From assembly GCA_050010535.1 (NCBI GenBank), contig JBEKKT010000007.1, positions 6,052 to 70,051 on the forward strand: 64,000 nucleotides of DNA, in the 5' to 3' direction. Positions 27,485 to 36,197 of this stretch are shown piece by piece; positions within the stretch are counted from its first letter, which is position 1, and every line of letters starts with the position of its first letter. The notes under the pieces are model-generated. The model made no database searches. It was not told where the DNA came from and saw nothing but the letters and a program-made list of their open reading frames with translations. Both the position numbers and the translations under genes were made by a program. The stretch comes from Methanomassiliicoccales archaeon (GTDB taxonomy: Archaea > Thermoplasmatota > Thermoplasmata > Methanomassiliicoccales > JACIVX01).

Positions 27485-28333
27485 CTAGATCGCCTTTGCG
27501 ATCACTGGTGCTACCGAGATCTCCGAGACCTCGTTCTCGAGGGTGTTTGTAGACAGTACATTGTCGCAGCACTTCCTCAATCGTTCGAGCGCCCCCATCA
27601 TGAACAGCCCATGCGTGCAGACGGCGACAACGCGCTTCGCGCCGAGGGACCTCAATTGTTTTGTAGCAGCCTCGATTGTGCCCCCGGTCGAAATGATGTC
27701 GTCCACGATCAGGACCCTTCTCCCCTTGACGTCGAGCCTCTTCGGTGCCATCTTCACCTCGGTCCCGCTGAGACGGGTCTTGACCAGGTGGTCCCAGTCG
27801 CAGCCAAGTATCTTCGCGACCCCTTCAGCCCTTTCTGCGGCCCCTTCGTCCGGGGCGAGCACTAGGTCAATTCCCGAGTTCGAGAAGAACGACGCGATGC
27901 AGCTAGTCGCATGAACATCCACCCCCTTGGCCTTGTTGAACCAATCGAGCGTCTCGGCACCGTGTATGTCGACTGTGATCACCTTGTTCGCCTTCATCTC
28001 GATGTGCTCGGCCATCACCTCGGCGCTCACGGCCTCTCCCTTGTTGAAAAGCTTGTCCTGTCGCGCGTAACCGAAATAGGGGATCACGTTGGTGATCCTC
28101 TCGGCACCTAGCCGCGCTGCAGCATCTTGAAGAAATAAGAGTTCTACTAGCATATCGTCCGGATGGGAGTTCTGAACGATCACAACCTCTCTGTCCATTT
28201 CTTCCGTCTCGAGCCTGACATAACATTCGCCGTCCGGGAAACGCTTCGAGGTCGCTTGAAGAAGTCCCGTTCCAAGTTCCTTTGCCAAATCGTCAGCCAG
28301 CTTCCTTGACGATGAACCGCCGATGACGATCAT
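27485..28333 (-). CDS. prs: Ribose-phosphate pyrophosphokinase (PRPP synthetase)
   Basis: MIVIGGSSSRKLADDLA start, YFGYARQD, and PRPP-binding loop VLIVDDIISTGGT. The ORF track extends to 28384, but the family N-terminus begins at 28333. Confidence 0.9.
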   Translation of the reverse strand: MIVIGGSSSRKLADDLAKELGTGLLQATSKRFPDGECYVRLETEEMDREVVIVQNSHPDDMLVELLFLQDAAARLGAERITNVIPYFGYARQDKLFNKGEAVSAEVMAEHIEMKANKVITVDIHGAETLDWFNKAKGVDVHATSCIASFFSNSGIDLVLAPDEGAAERAEGVAKILGCDWDHLVKTRLSGTEVKMAPKRLDVKGRRVLIVDDIISTGGTIEAATKQLRSLGAKRVVAVCTHGLFMMGALERLRKCCDNVLSTNTLENEVSEISVAPVIAKAI

Positions 28334-28471
28334 CTCGACCGAATCGTCCTGCGACACTTTATATCTACTGTGACCGGACGTCACCCTCCGTGGAAGGCGC
28401 CCAGGAGACGTTGATCGTATCTCGCTTCCAATGATACCTACTCGGAAACATTCTTATTCTCTGCTCATGAT

Positions 28472-30019
28472 ATGGTCGTTGATGGGATGCAGGTGGATTC
28501 GGATTCTGCCGTAGATACAGTGGTAAGTCACGGCGCTCCGAAGTCGAACAAATACCACGACATGGACTGCGTCGGGATCATCTACGGCAACGTCGGAACG
28601 ACTTCTTTCAATTGCCGCGTTAGCGGAAATATCGAAAAAATGGAGTACGTCCAGGTAGAGCATGAGATCGACGGGTGGGTCCTCGGTCTCGTCTCCGAAA
28701 TGGAACGCAAGACGGACCTCTCGCTGGATAAGGCTAAGATGATTTCGGACGGGGAGGTGGTCCCGATCGAGGAGAAGGTCACCGCCAACGTCGAGATAGT
28801 CGGCTTTAGGGATGACAGAAATCTTCTCCAGGTTCCGAGAACGCCATTCAAAGCGGGGGACCAAGTCTACAAGGCGAGCGATACGCTCATCAAGGACGTC
28901 ATCGGCCTGAAGGAGAACACCGACACGGGCGCTTACATCGGTCTTCTGTTGGGTCATGATATACGCGTCGAGGTGGACATCAACGCCATGGTCCAGAAGC
29001 ACGTCAGCATTCTCGCCAAGACCGGCGGAGGCAAGAGCTTCCTCTGCGGAGGTCTGGTCGAGGAGTTCATGAAGCACGGAGTGACGGTTTTGGTTGTCGA
29101 CCCCCACGGCGAGTACGGATCAATGAGGGAGAAAGGATCCGCGATGCATACCGCCCGAAACTTCAACGTGACTCCCAGGAGCTATTCCGAAAAGATCATT
29201 GAGTTCGCAACGGACACGAACATCAACAAGAAGGCGCAGCCCCTCCGATTTACTCTCTCGAATCTCGAGGCCAGGGAGCTACTGGGTCTTACCAACATCA
29301 AGAACGTCAGGACATATTTGACATCGCTGAGGAAGGCGATAGAAGGCGTCAGAGGAGTCAAGAACGAGTACACGCTGAAAGACATAATTCACATGCTCGA
29401 GGCCGACGAGGAATCGCAGAACGCTGCTCTCATCACCGAGCTGGAATACCTTGACGAGGTCAACATATTCGCATCGAAGGGCACAAGAATCGATGAGATC
29501 GTCGTGAAGGGAAAAACGACGATAATCAACCTCAAGGGCACTCCCCCGGACATCCAGGAGCTCATCGTGAACAGGATTTGCACCGCTCTCTTTGAGCTGA
29601 GGAAGATCGGAAAGGTTCCTCCGATGATGCTCGTCGTCGAGGAGGCCCACAACTATTGTCCGCAGCAGGGACTTGCCGCGTCAAGTAAGATCTTTAGGAC
29701 GATCGCCTCCGAAGGCAGGAAGTTTGGGCTCGGACTGACGATAATAAGCCAGAGGGCGGCGAAGATCGACAAGAACGTCCTGAGCCAGTGCAACACCCAG
29801 ATGATTCTGAAGGTAACGAATCCCAACGACCTCAAAGCGATTGCCGCATCCGTGGAGGGGCTCACGACCGTCGTCGCAGACGAAATCCAGAGGTTGCCCG
29901 TAGGGGTCGCCCTCGTCATCGGAGGGAACATTCAGATGCCGCTTTTCATCGAGGTCAGGCCGAGAGAGACCAGGCATGGCGGTGAGAGCGTGGAGATCGT
30001 TCCTTCCAAGAGGATGTGA
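28472..30019 (+). CDS. HerA-like (DUF87/FtsK-HerA superfamily) ATPase
   Basis: Walker A AKTGGGKSF, Walker B MLVVEEAHNY, SEGRKFGLGLTIISQR, and an N-terminal barrel-like region. ATG 28562 is an alternative start. Confidence 0.8.
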   Translation: MVVDGMQVDSDSAVDTVVSHGAPKSNKYHDMDCVGIIYGNVGTTSFNCRVSGNIEKMEYVQVEHEIDGWVLGLVSEMERKTDLSLDKAKMISDGEVVPIEEKVTANVEIVGFRDDRNLLQVPRTPFKAGDQVYKASDTLIKDVIGLKENTDTGAYIGLLLGHDIRVEVDINAMVQKHVSILAKTGGGKSFLCGGLVEEFMKHGVTVLVVDPHGEYGSMREKGSAMHTARNFNVTPRSYSEKIIEFATDTNINKKAQPLRFTLSNLEARELLGLTNIKNVRTYLTSLRKAIEGVRGVKNEYTLKDIIHMLEADEESQNAALITELEYLDEVNIFASKGTRIDEIVVKGKTTIINLKGTPPDIQELIVNRICTALFELRKIGKVPPMMLVVEEAHNYCPQQGLAASSKIFRTIASEGRKFGLGLTIISQRAAKIDKNVLSQCNTQMILKVTNPNDLKAIAASVEGLTTVVADEIQRLPVGVALVIGGNIQMPLFIEVRPRETRHGGESVEIVPSKRM

Positions 30020-30020
30020 G

Positions 30021-30314
30021 ATGAAAGACACGATAACCGAGGAGAGACTGGGCAAGTATATTGAGGTCACCAGAAAGGCCCTCGCGAAGTTGAAGATGAC
30101 CTGCCCTTCCAGATCGTTCGGGAGGAAGATCGCTGACGATTTCGTGCAGATGGCAGTGTCATACTTCGAAGACGCTGAGCACTTCAAACAGAAGGGTGAC
30201 TTCGTCAATGCGTTTGCGTGTGTGAACTACGCTCACGGCTGGCTCGACTGCGGTGCCAGACTCGGACTCTTTGACGTCGATGAGGACGACAAACTGTTCG
30301 CATTGTACGAGTGA
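30021..30314 (+). CDS. DUF357-like small archaeal protein
   Basis: ATG 1 nt after the HerA-like stop. YFEDAEHFKQKGDFVNAFACVNYAHGWLDCGARLG matches my recollection of DUF357. Confidence 0.55.
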   Translation: MKDTITEERLGKYIEVTRKALAKLKMTCPSRSFGRKIADDFVQMAVSYFEDAEHFKQKGDFVNAFACVNYAHGWLDCGARLGLFDVDEDDKLFALYE

Positions 30315-30340
30315 GCTGGGCTGGCTGAGAGACCGTTATC

Positions 30341-31210
30341 TCAATTCCTTGGCTCGACGATTCTCGGCCCCTTCCAGTCGATCCGGACTCTGTACGTCTG
30401 ACCAAACTTCGACAGGATCTTCTTCAGCTCCTCGATTTCTCCGGAGGCGAAGACGGAATTGCCAAGCATCACCATGCTCGCCAGACCGAGGTCGTCGATC
30501 TCCGCAAGCGCCTCCTCGACCTGTTCCGACGCGAGCCCCGTCCGCATCGCGAATTCCCTGGAAAGCCTGAAGAAGTTGGCCAATGACGGACTGGCTTCGA
30601 GACCTTCGACGCATTCTTTTCCAATGAGGTTGATTCTCTCCCTCGCATCCCGATCGCAGAGAACCGTCGGAGTGTAGATCGGGGGGCCGACTATACCTAG
30701 TACAAGTTCCATGTCCCCTTGGATTCTGTCGACGCGGCCGTACGGGGGAAGGCCTTCGACCCTTCGGAACGTTACGCCTCCCTTCGAAAGAGCGGCCACG
30801 TCTCCGAGACCTGTCCTGTGGAGTATCTCCGCCTCGTGGGCGGTCTCCAGGGCAGTCTGCAGAGGCGCGTCAAGAATCTCCGCTGTTGCGAGCGTCGCTG
30901 AGAGCGCCCCCGCCGCGCTCATCCCGAATCCCTGGCCCATGGGAAAGTCCAGCTTCGTATCCACTTTAAGGTCGATGTCCCTCCCGAGGATCATTCGGGC
31001 CAGCGCCTGCTTTGTAACCGGTGCATCGTTCTTGTTTCCGTCTATTGAGACCTTTATGTCTCCGTTCCCCCTCTTCGATGCGACCGTGCTCATCGCCCCG
31101 AGGGACGTGCAAATCCCAGCTCCCCTCGAGCCTGAGCGCAAAGGCTCTTTGTGCTCGCAGATCTGGAAAAAACCAGTGATGTGCCCAGGGCAGAAAGCGG
31201 TTGCCTTCAT
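30341..31210 (-). CDS. Pantoate kinase (archaeal CoA pathway, GHMP family)
   Basis: AFCPGHITGFF, GSRGAGI, GHMP motif FPMGQGFGMSAAGA, AHEAEILHRTGLGDV. ATGA overlap with coaBC. Confidence 0.75.
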   Translation of the reverse strand: MKATAFCPGHITGFFQICEHKEPLRSGSRGAGICTSLGAMSTVASKRGNGDIKVSIDGNKNDAPVTKQALARMILGRDIDLKVDTKLDFPMGQGFGMSAAGALSATLATAEILDAPLQTALETAHEAEILHRTGLGDVAALSKGGVTFRRVEGLPPYGRVDRIQGDMELVLGIVGPPIYTPTVLCDRDARERINLIGKECVEGLEASPSLANFFRLSREFAMRTGLASEQVEEALAEIDDLGLASMVMLGNSVFASGEIEELKKILSKFGQTYRVRIDWKGPRIVEPRN

Positions 31211-32421
31211 TTCGCGACCCTCGCCGCCTCGTCGAGGATGCAGTCGGCGACCTCTCTCTTCGTTCCGGACGCGACCTTCTTCTTGTTTCTGGAAACGATG
31301 ACGACCTTTGTCTCATTCTGAGAGACATCTTTCAGATCATTTGCCACGATCATGTCCAGGCCTGCCAATGTGAGCCTTGAGGTCGCCCTCTTCTCCAACT
31401 CCTTCTCTCCCACACCGGATTCGGCCTTGAATCCGACGAGGACGCACTTCTTCTTTCTCAGCGACTCAAGGATCTTCGGACATCTGGTTAGGCTTAATTC
31501 GATTCTCTCTTTCCCCGAGGATACCTTGCCGACCAATCTCTCCGGGGCATAGTCAGAAAGCGCGGCAGGAACGATGACGACGTCGTGATTCACTCTATCG
31601 ATCATTTTCTGGAGGTCTCCAACGGTCTGAAAGCGCTTCGCCGGTATGAAGGGCGGCAGTGGCACGAGCGCCCGTCCCATCCAAAGGTCCACATCCGCTC
31701 CCCTTTCGAACGCGGCCAGGGCCAGCTGGATCGCCGTCTCTCCAGTCCCCTTGTTAGTTATGATCCTCATGTCGTCCATCGGCTCCTCGGATGAGCCTCC
31801 GATGATCAATACCCTCTTCCCACGGTAGTCTCCTTTTCCCAGTCTCCTGATTACGTTGACCGTTATCTCATTGGTCGTCGCCAGCTTGGCCTTCTTCCTC
31901 TCCATGTGCGGGCCGATGAAATCCACGCCCAGATCCTTCAGCATCTGAACGTTTCTCTGAATGATTGGCTGTATGAACATCGACGAGTGCATGGCCGGCG
32001 CGATCATAATCGGAACCTTGGAGCCCATGGCGGTCGTGGCCATCGTCGTCACCGGCGTGTCGTCGATCCCGACTGCGATCTTCGATATTGTGTTCGCCGT
32101 GCAAGGCGCAACAAGCAGCATGTCCGCCTTGTCCTGGAAGTCCCCGAGGAGGGAGACGTGCTGGACCCTGCCGTCAATTTCCGTAATGACCGGATTTCCC
32201 GTCGCAAACTCCATCGCATATTGAGTAATGATTTTCAACGCCTCGGGTGTCATCACGGCGTGGACCTCCGCTCCGTGTCGGATCAGCTCTCTCGCAAGCT
32301 CGAGTGACTCCACGGCGGCGATGCTCCCGGTGATGCCCAGAACGATGCGCTTTCCAGACAGTATCGTGCTTTTCGTGCACTTGATGCTCTCTGAAGGATG
32401 CATGGCAGTTCCATCCATCAA
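31207..32421 (-). CDS. coaBC: Bifunctional phosphopantothenoylcysteine decarboxylase / synthetase
   Basis: 404 aa. Flavoprotein motif GITGSIAAVE, PAMHSSM, and a C-terminal DFP ligase domain (AALSDY, GFKAES). Confidence 0.9.
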   Translation of the reverse strand: MMDGTAMHPSESIKCTKSTILSGKRIVLGITGSIAAVESLELARELIRHGAEVHAVMTPEALKIITQYAMEFATGNPVITEIDGRVQHVSLLGDFQDKADMLLVAPCTANTISKIAVGIDDTPVTTMATTAMGSKVPIMIAPAMHSSMFIQPIIQRNVQMLKDLGVDFIGPHMERKKAKLATTNEITVNVIRRLGKGDYRGKRVLIIGGSSEEPMDDMRIITNKGTGETAIQLALAAFERGADVDLWMGRALVPLPPFIPAKRFQTVGDLQKMIDRVNHDVVIVPAALSDYAPERLVGKVSSGKERIELSLTRCPKILESLRKKKCVLVGFKAESGVGEKELEKRATSRLTLAGLDMIVANDLKDVSQNETKVVIVSRNKKKVASGTKREVADCILDEAARVAK

Positions 32422-32428
32422 TTGAGTC

Positions 32429-33103
32429 TTAAAGGTTGCTTTTTAACGCCTCGACGATCGTCCCCGTCACTTCCTCGATCGGTCTGGACGCGTCAATGAC
32501 AACGAATGTCTCGTCCCCTTCGGCGAGACTCCGGTATATCTTGTCCACTTCTCTAAGGAAATCGAGCTTCTCGAACTTCGTCCTCTCATTCCTTCCAGAG
32601 AGTCTCTTCATCCCCATTGCCGGGGGTATGACTAGCAGAAACGTCAAATCTGGGCGGATGATGGCCGGCTCATTGATGCTCTTCAACCATTCCAAAGCCT
32701 TGTCGCCGAGGAGCGGCTTGAGGGCCGCGCCCTGGTATGCAAGGGTGGAGGCGTAGTAACGGTCGGATAGGACGATCGTGCCCTCCTCCAGCCACTTGCG
32801 AATTCTCTCGGTGTGGCTGGCCCTGTCCGCTACGAACAATAATGCTTCGCTGATAGGACCTACGCCCTCGTCGTGGGAGTGCCTGACACAGTCGCCCAAC
32901 CACGAGTCCGTCGGCTCGGAAGTGAGAACAACTTCTCTATCAGTCCCTACTGTGAGGACCTCGAAGGCTCTGTTAGCCACCGTACTCTTGCCTGCACCAT
33001 CGATTCCTTCGAACGCATAGAATCGACCGTGCGGAAGGGCTGCCTCTGACTGGACGTCGGAAGATACCCTCTCCCTTGTTGTCAGACCACTGTCGGTGGT
33101 CAT
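32429..33103 (-). CDS. tmk: Thymidylate kinase
   Basis: P-loop FEGIDGAGKST, DRY motif, lid region. ATG 33103 is the closest canonical start. The ORF-track extension to 33322 has no kinase homology. Confidence 0.8.
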   Translation of the reverse strand: MTTDSGLTTRERVSSDVQSEAALPHGRFYAFEGIDGAGKSTVANRAFEVLTVGTDREVVLTSEPTDSWLGDCVRHSHDEGVGPISEALLFVADRASHTERIRKWLEEGTIVLSDRYYASTLAYQGAALKPLLGDKALEWLKSINEPAIIRPDLTFLLVIPPAMGMKRLSGRNERTKFEKLDFLREVDKIYRSLAEGDETFVVIDASRPIEEVTGTIVEALKSNL

Positions 33104-33137
33104 CGATGCATGAATGGAATTGGCGGATAAAAACCCT

Positions 33138-33476
33138 TCAGCCAAGGTCGTCAGGAGCCTCGATGCACCGCCCCCTTCCTGGCCTCGAATCGATACGATT
33201 GGGCAGACAGAAGACCGTCTCAGATGCCGGGTACGTGTGCCGTGCTGATTTCCCTTTCGGATCATGACGCCAACTAGTGCGTTCAATTCCATTCTTCTCC
33301 CTGCCAAGCGGTCGCTTAGCATCGACGATCTCGTGGCTCCTTACGACCAGACCGTTCTTCTTGATCGCATCGAGGTGCGCTCTGCTGGCAACGAAGGTCA
33401 CGTTCTCTTCTACCCTCAGTAGTGCTGAACCGAAGTAGCAACCGACGGCGCCCGCTCCCACAACCAGTATCCTCAC
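33138..33476 (-). pseudogene. 2-dehydropantoate 2-reductase (KPR/PanE) 5' fragment
   Basis: The first 47 or so aa, (M)RILVVGAGAVGCYFGSALLRVEENVTFVASRAHLDAIKKNGLVVRS, match the KPR N-terminal Rossmann region (compare T. kodakarensis KPR as I recall it). The rest of the ORF is unrelated, and a full KPR is about 300 aa. Confidence 0.55.
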
Positions 33477-33615
33477 CGCGAATCAGAATGGAGGAAGCGT
33501 TGGATAAGAATGTGGAGGTCCCTATCGGTCGTCGCTCACGTCAGAAGGCGGTTCATCAGGCCCTTGGAAAAAGATTATTTCCTTAAGGATTGTTGTACTG
33601 TCTGGAGGAAATGGA

Positions 33616-34728
33616 ATGAAGATCACGGACGTCAAAGTGGTCACCCTGGGGTTTAAGCTTCCCGAACCCAACGGATGTTCTCGCGGGAGAGTCCTATCCT
33701 TCAGGGGAGCAGCGTTGGTCGTCATCGACACGGACAAGGGGATACAGGGTATCGGTGAAGGCTACGGGCCTGAATACTACATCATCAAGACGATCGTCGA
33801 CAGGAAGTTTAAGCCCTGGCTTATCGGCCAGGATCCGCTCGACATCGAGAGGCTCTGGCGCAAGATGCTGATGACCACAGTCTACTGGGACCAGAAAGGG
33901 CAGGGGGTCGCGGCTACGAGCGGCGTTGACACGGCTCTGTGGGACCTCGCTGGTAAGTACTATGGCGTACCGGCCTACAAGCTCATGGGAGGCGACGCCA
34001 GAGGCAACATGAAGATTCAGGCTTATGCGAGCGACCTTTTTTGGGACACGCCAGCCAACATGGCCAAGACCGCGAAGAAGCACGCGGCGAAGGGATTCCC
34101 GATGGTCAAGACCCATCTGGGCAACGGTCTGGCCGAGGATGAGAAGAGGGTCAAGGCGATCAAGAGCGCCATCGGGGACGACGTTGGCCTGATGGTCGAT
34201 ATGAACTGCGGATATGACCGCGTCGAGGCGATCAAGATAGGAAGAATGCTCGAGAAATACGGCGTATTCTGGTATGAGGAACCGTTGTCGCCCTACGACG
34301 TCGACGGCTATGCGTACTTGAAGAGCAAGCTCGACGTACCGATCGCAACCGGGGAGAACGAATACACGAAATGGGGGTTCAAGGAGCTGTTCCTGAAGAA
34401 CGGCGTGGATTTCGCAATGCCAGATATCATGAGGTGCGGAGGCATAACGGAGACGAAGAAGATCTGCGCTCTCGCGGAAGCTTTCAACATCGCCTGTAGC
34501 CCGCACAACTATACGACTGGTGTCGGTCTGGCGGCGACGCTGCAACTCATCGCCTCGACGCCGAACTGTGATTGGCTAGAGCTCGACATGGCCGACTATC
34601 CGCTGTACGACAGCTTGCTGAAGAGACCACTCGAAATCGACAACAAGGGCATGATCAAGATACCGCAGGATCCTGGTCTCGGGGTCGAGATAAAGAAGGA
34701 TGTACTGAAGAAGTACTCAGTCGACTGA
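33616..34728 (+). CDS. Enolase-superfamily enzyme (mandelate racemase/muconate lactonizing family, sugar-acid dehydratase-like)
   Basis: 370 aa. MKITDVKV start. Metal ligands in MVDMN, YEEP and ATGENE contexts. PDIMRCGGITE. Confidence 0.85.
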   Translation: MKITDVKVVTLGFKLPEPNGCSRGRVLSFRGAALVVIDTDKGIQGIGEGYGPEYYIIKTIVDRKFKPWLIGQDPLDIERLWRKMLMTTVYWDQKGQGVAATSGVDTALWDLAGKYYGVPAYKLMGGDARGNMKIQAYASDLFWDTPANMAKTAKKHAAKGFPMVKTHLGNGLAEDEKRVKAIKSAIGDDVGLMVDMNCGYDRVEAIKIGRMLEKYGVFWYEEPLSPYDVDGYAYLKSKLDVPIATGENEYTKWGFKELFLKNGVDFAMPDIMRCGGITETKKICALAEAFNIACSPHNYTTGVGLAATLQLIASTPNCDWLELDMADYPLYDSLLKRPLEIDNKGMIKIPQDPGLGVEIKKDVLKKYSVD

Positions 34729-34843
34729 TTTCCCGATGCACTTCTTCAGCGAGTCCATCTCGCACTCCCAGCGAAACATCCGAGAACAAATCCTCTACGC
34801 TCGACTTCCCGATTTCCTCCAGCATGCTTCTGTCAATGCCCAT
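34655..34843 (-). pseudogene. Glycine dehydrogenase subunit 1 (GcvPA) 5' fragment
   Basis: MGIDRSMLEEIGKSSVEDLFSDV matches the conserved GcvPA N-terminus (ML.EIG..S.EDLFSD[IV]P). The ORF runs only 62 codons and overlaps the convergent enolase-family gene by 74 nt. Confidence 0.4.
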
Positions 34844-34891
34844 GTAGGTCGAGGATTACTAGAAAATCAGACCATTAATATCTTTTCCACA

Positions 34892-35308
34892 TCACGGTTG
34901 TGCTGAGTTCTTCTGGACTTCCGCGACCAGGCGTGAGTATAAGCAGGGCAGACTCTCGATGTCCTTTATGTCCTTCTTCGATATGTGGACCAACCTCATT
35001 CTCAGCGAGTCGTCGCACGGGACTCCGTTCGCTTTAAGAGCTTGACGTATCAGGTGGCACAGCTGACCTCCCTTTCGGTCCCAGTCCGTCAATATGATCG
35101 CGCTCTTCTTCTTGGAAACTAGGTCCTCTGCTACGCTGAAGATCGATCCGCCGCCTTGGATCAGCCAGATATCTCCCCCGATGCCGAGGGCGATCAATGC
35201 CCCCTTATCCTTCAGTCCCTCGACGAGTATCACTGCGTCCCCAGGCCGGTCCTTCAGTTCGTCCAGTACCGATGAGAGTTCTTCCAACGTGTCCGCGACG
35301 GTCCTCAC
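34892..35308 (-). CDS. Toprim-domain protein (small primase-like / RNase M5-like, COG1658-type)
   Basis: ILVEGLKDKGAL (Toprim Glu) and ILTDWDRKGG (DxD) motifs. GTGA overlap with the upstream gene. Confidence 0.65.
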   Translation of the reverse strand: MRTVADTLEELSSVLDELKDRPGDAVILVEGLKDKGALIALGIGGDIWLIQGGGSIFSVAEDLVSKKKSAIILTDWDRKGGQLCHLIRQALKANGVPCDDSLRMRLVHISKKDIKDIESLPCLYSRLVAEVQKNSAQP

Positions 35309-35601
35309 GCCGATGCCTCCAATCTCAAGGCGACGCTTTCCTTGTCCGATCTCACGAGGACTGTCTTCAATCGGCTCGTGTCCCCCCTGATGACCTCCAC
35401 TTCGGCCTTGAAGAAATTCGAGAGGACCTCGCAGAGCTCTTCGTTCGCCTTTCCACCTTCTCGGGGCGATGAAACCTTCACAATGAGGCGGTTGCGCCAG
35501 GGGTCGATCCCCTGCACCGATGAGGTAGCCGCTCGAGCGGACACGATGACGTCAATCTCCACCCCGCCCGACTTCTCTCTCAGGACGTCAGAGGTGACCA
35601 C
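35305..35601 (-). CDS. YggU/DUF167 family protein
   Basis: 98 aa. LIVKVSSPREGGKANEELCEVLSNFF...VIRGDTSRLKTV follows the DUF167 pattern (PP.dGkAN ... G..S..K). Confidence 0.75.
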   Translation of the reverse strand: MVTSDVLREKSGGVEIDVIVSARAATSSVQGIDPWRNRLIVKVSSPREGGKANEELCEVLSNFFKAEVEVIRGDTSRLKTVLVRSDKESVALRLEASA

Positions 35602-35769
35602 GGATGGCCAAAAGGCTCGGGCTTACAAAGTCTTTGCGTTATCTATGTCGGAACAGATACCCGCGACCTCCCCAATCCCGTCGCGGCCTGCAACCAATCA
35701 CCTCAATCTCTTGCCCCTGTCCACGTTTCTTGTCAACGAAACTGATGTGATAATATACTAGTTCAGCCA

Positions 35770-36177
35770 ATGCAATGGTCTCATATGCGCTCTGCGACCA
35801 TGCAAGGGGAGATAGTCGACGAGACATCAAACCATCAAGAGGGCATGTCCTTCAACAGTTTGGCCAGGATACTTCGTGGACGTGTGTCAAGGGTCAGACT
35901 GCTGAGCGAGTTGAACTCCCTCTGGAGGGAGGGACTGACTCTCGTTAAGGCCAATCCGCGACACAGGCAGAAGAAGGCGTTCAGGTCGGGACTTAGACAC
36001 GAGGATGTTGTGAACAAGATGGGGTTCGTTGAAGACAGGACCTTTGGGAACCCCCATGAACAGCTTCTCGAATCTCTTATCGATTTATGCCAGGAGCATA
36101 AGCAGTGCTCAGGAAGAATGGTATGGGGAGTTCGTGAGACATCGGTTGCAGAGGTACGTGCGCAGAATGTTGATTAA
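35770..36177 (+). CDS. Hypothetical protein (135 aa)
   Basis: ORF directly upstream of the radical SAM gene. No family recognised. Confidence 0.3.
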   Translation: MQWSHMRSATMQGEIVDETSNHQEGMSFNSLARILRGRVSRVRLLSELNSLWREGLTLVKANPRHRQKKAFRSGLRHEDVVNKMGFVEDRTFGNPHEQLLESLIDLCQEHKQCSGRMVWGVRETSVAEVRAQNVD

Positions 36178-36197
36178 GTTGGAGGGAGGGATGGCAG

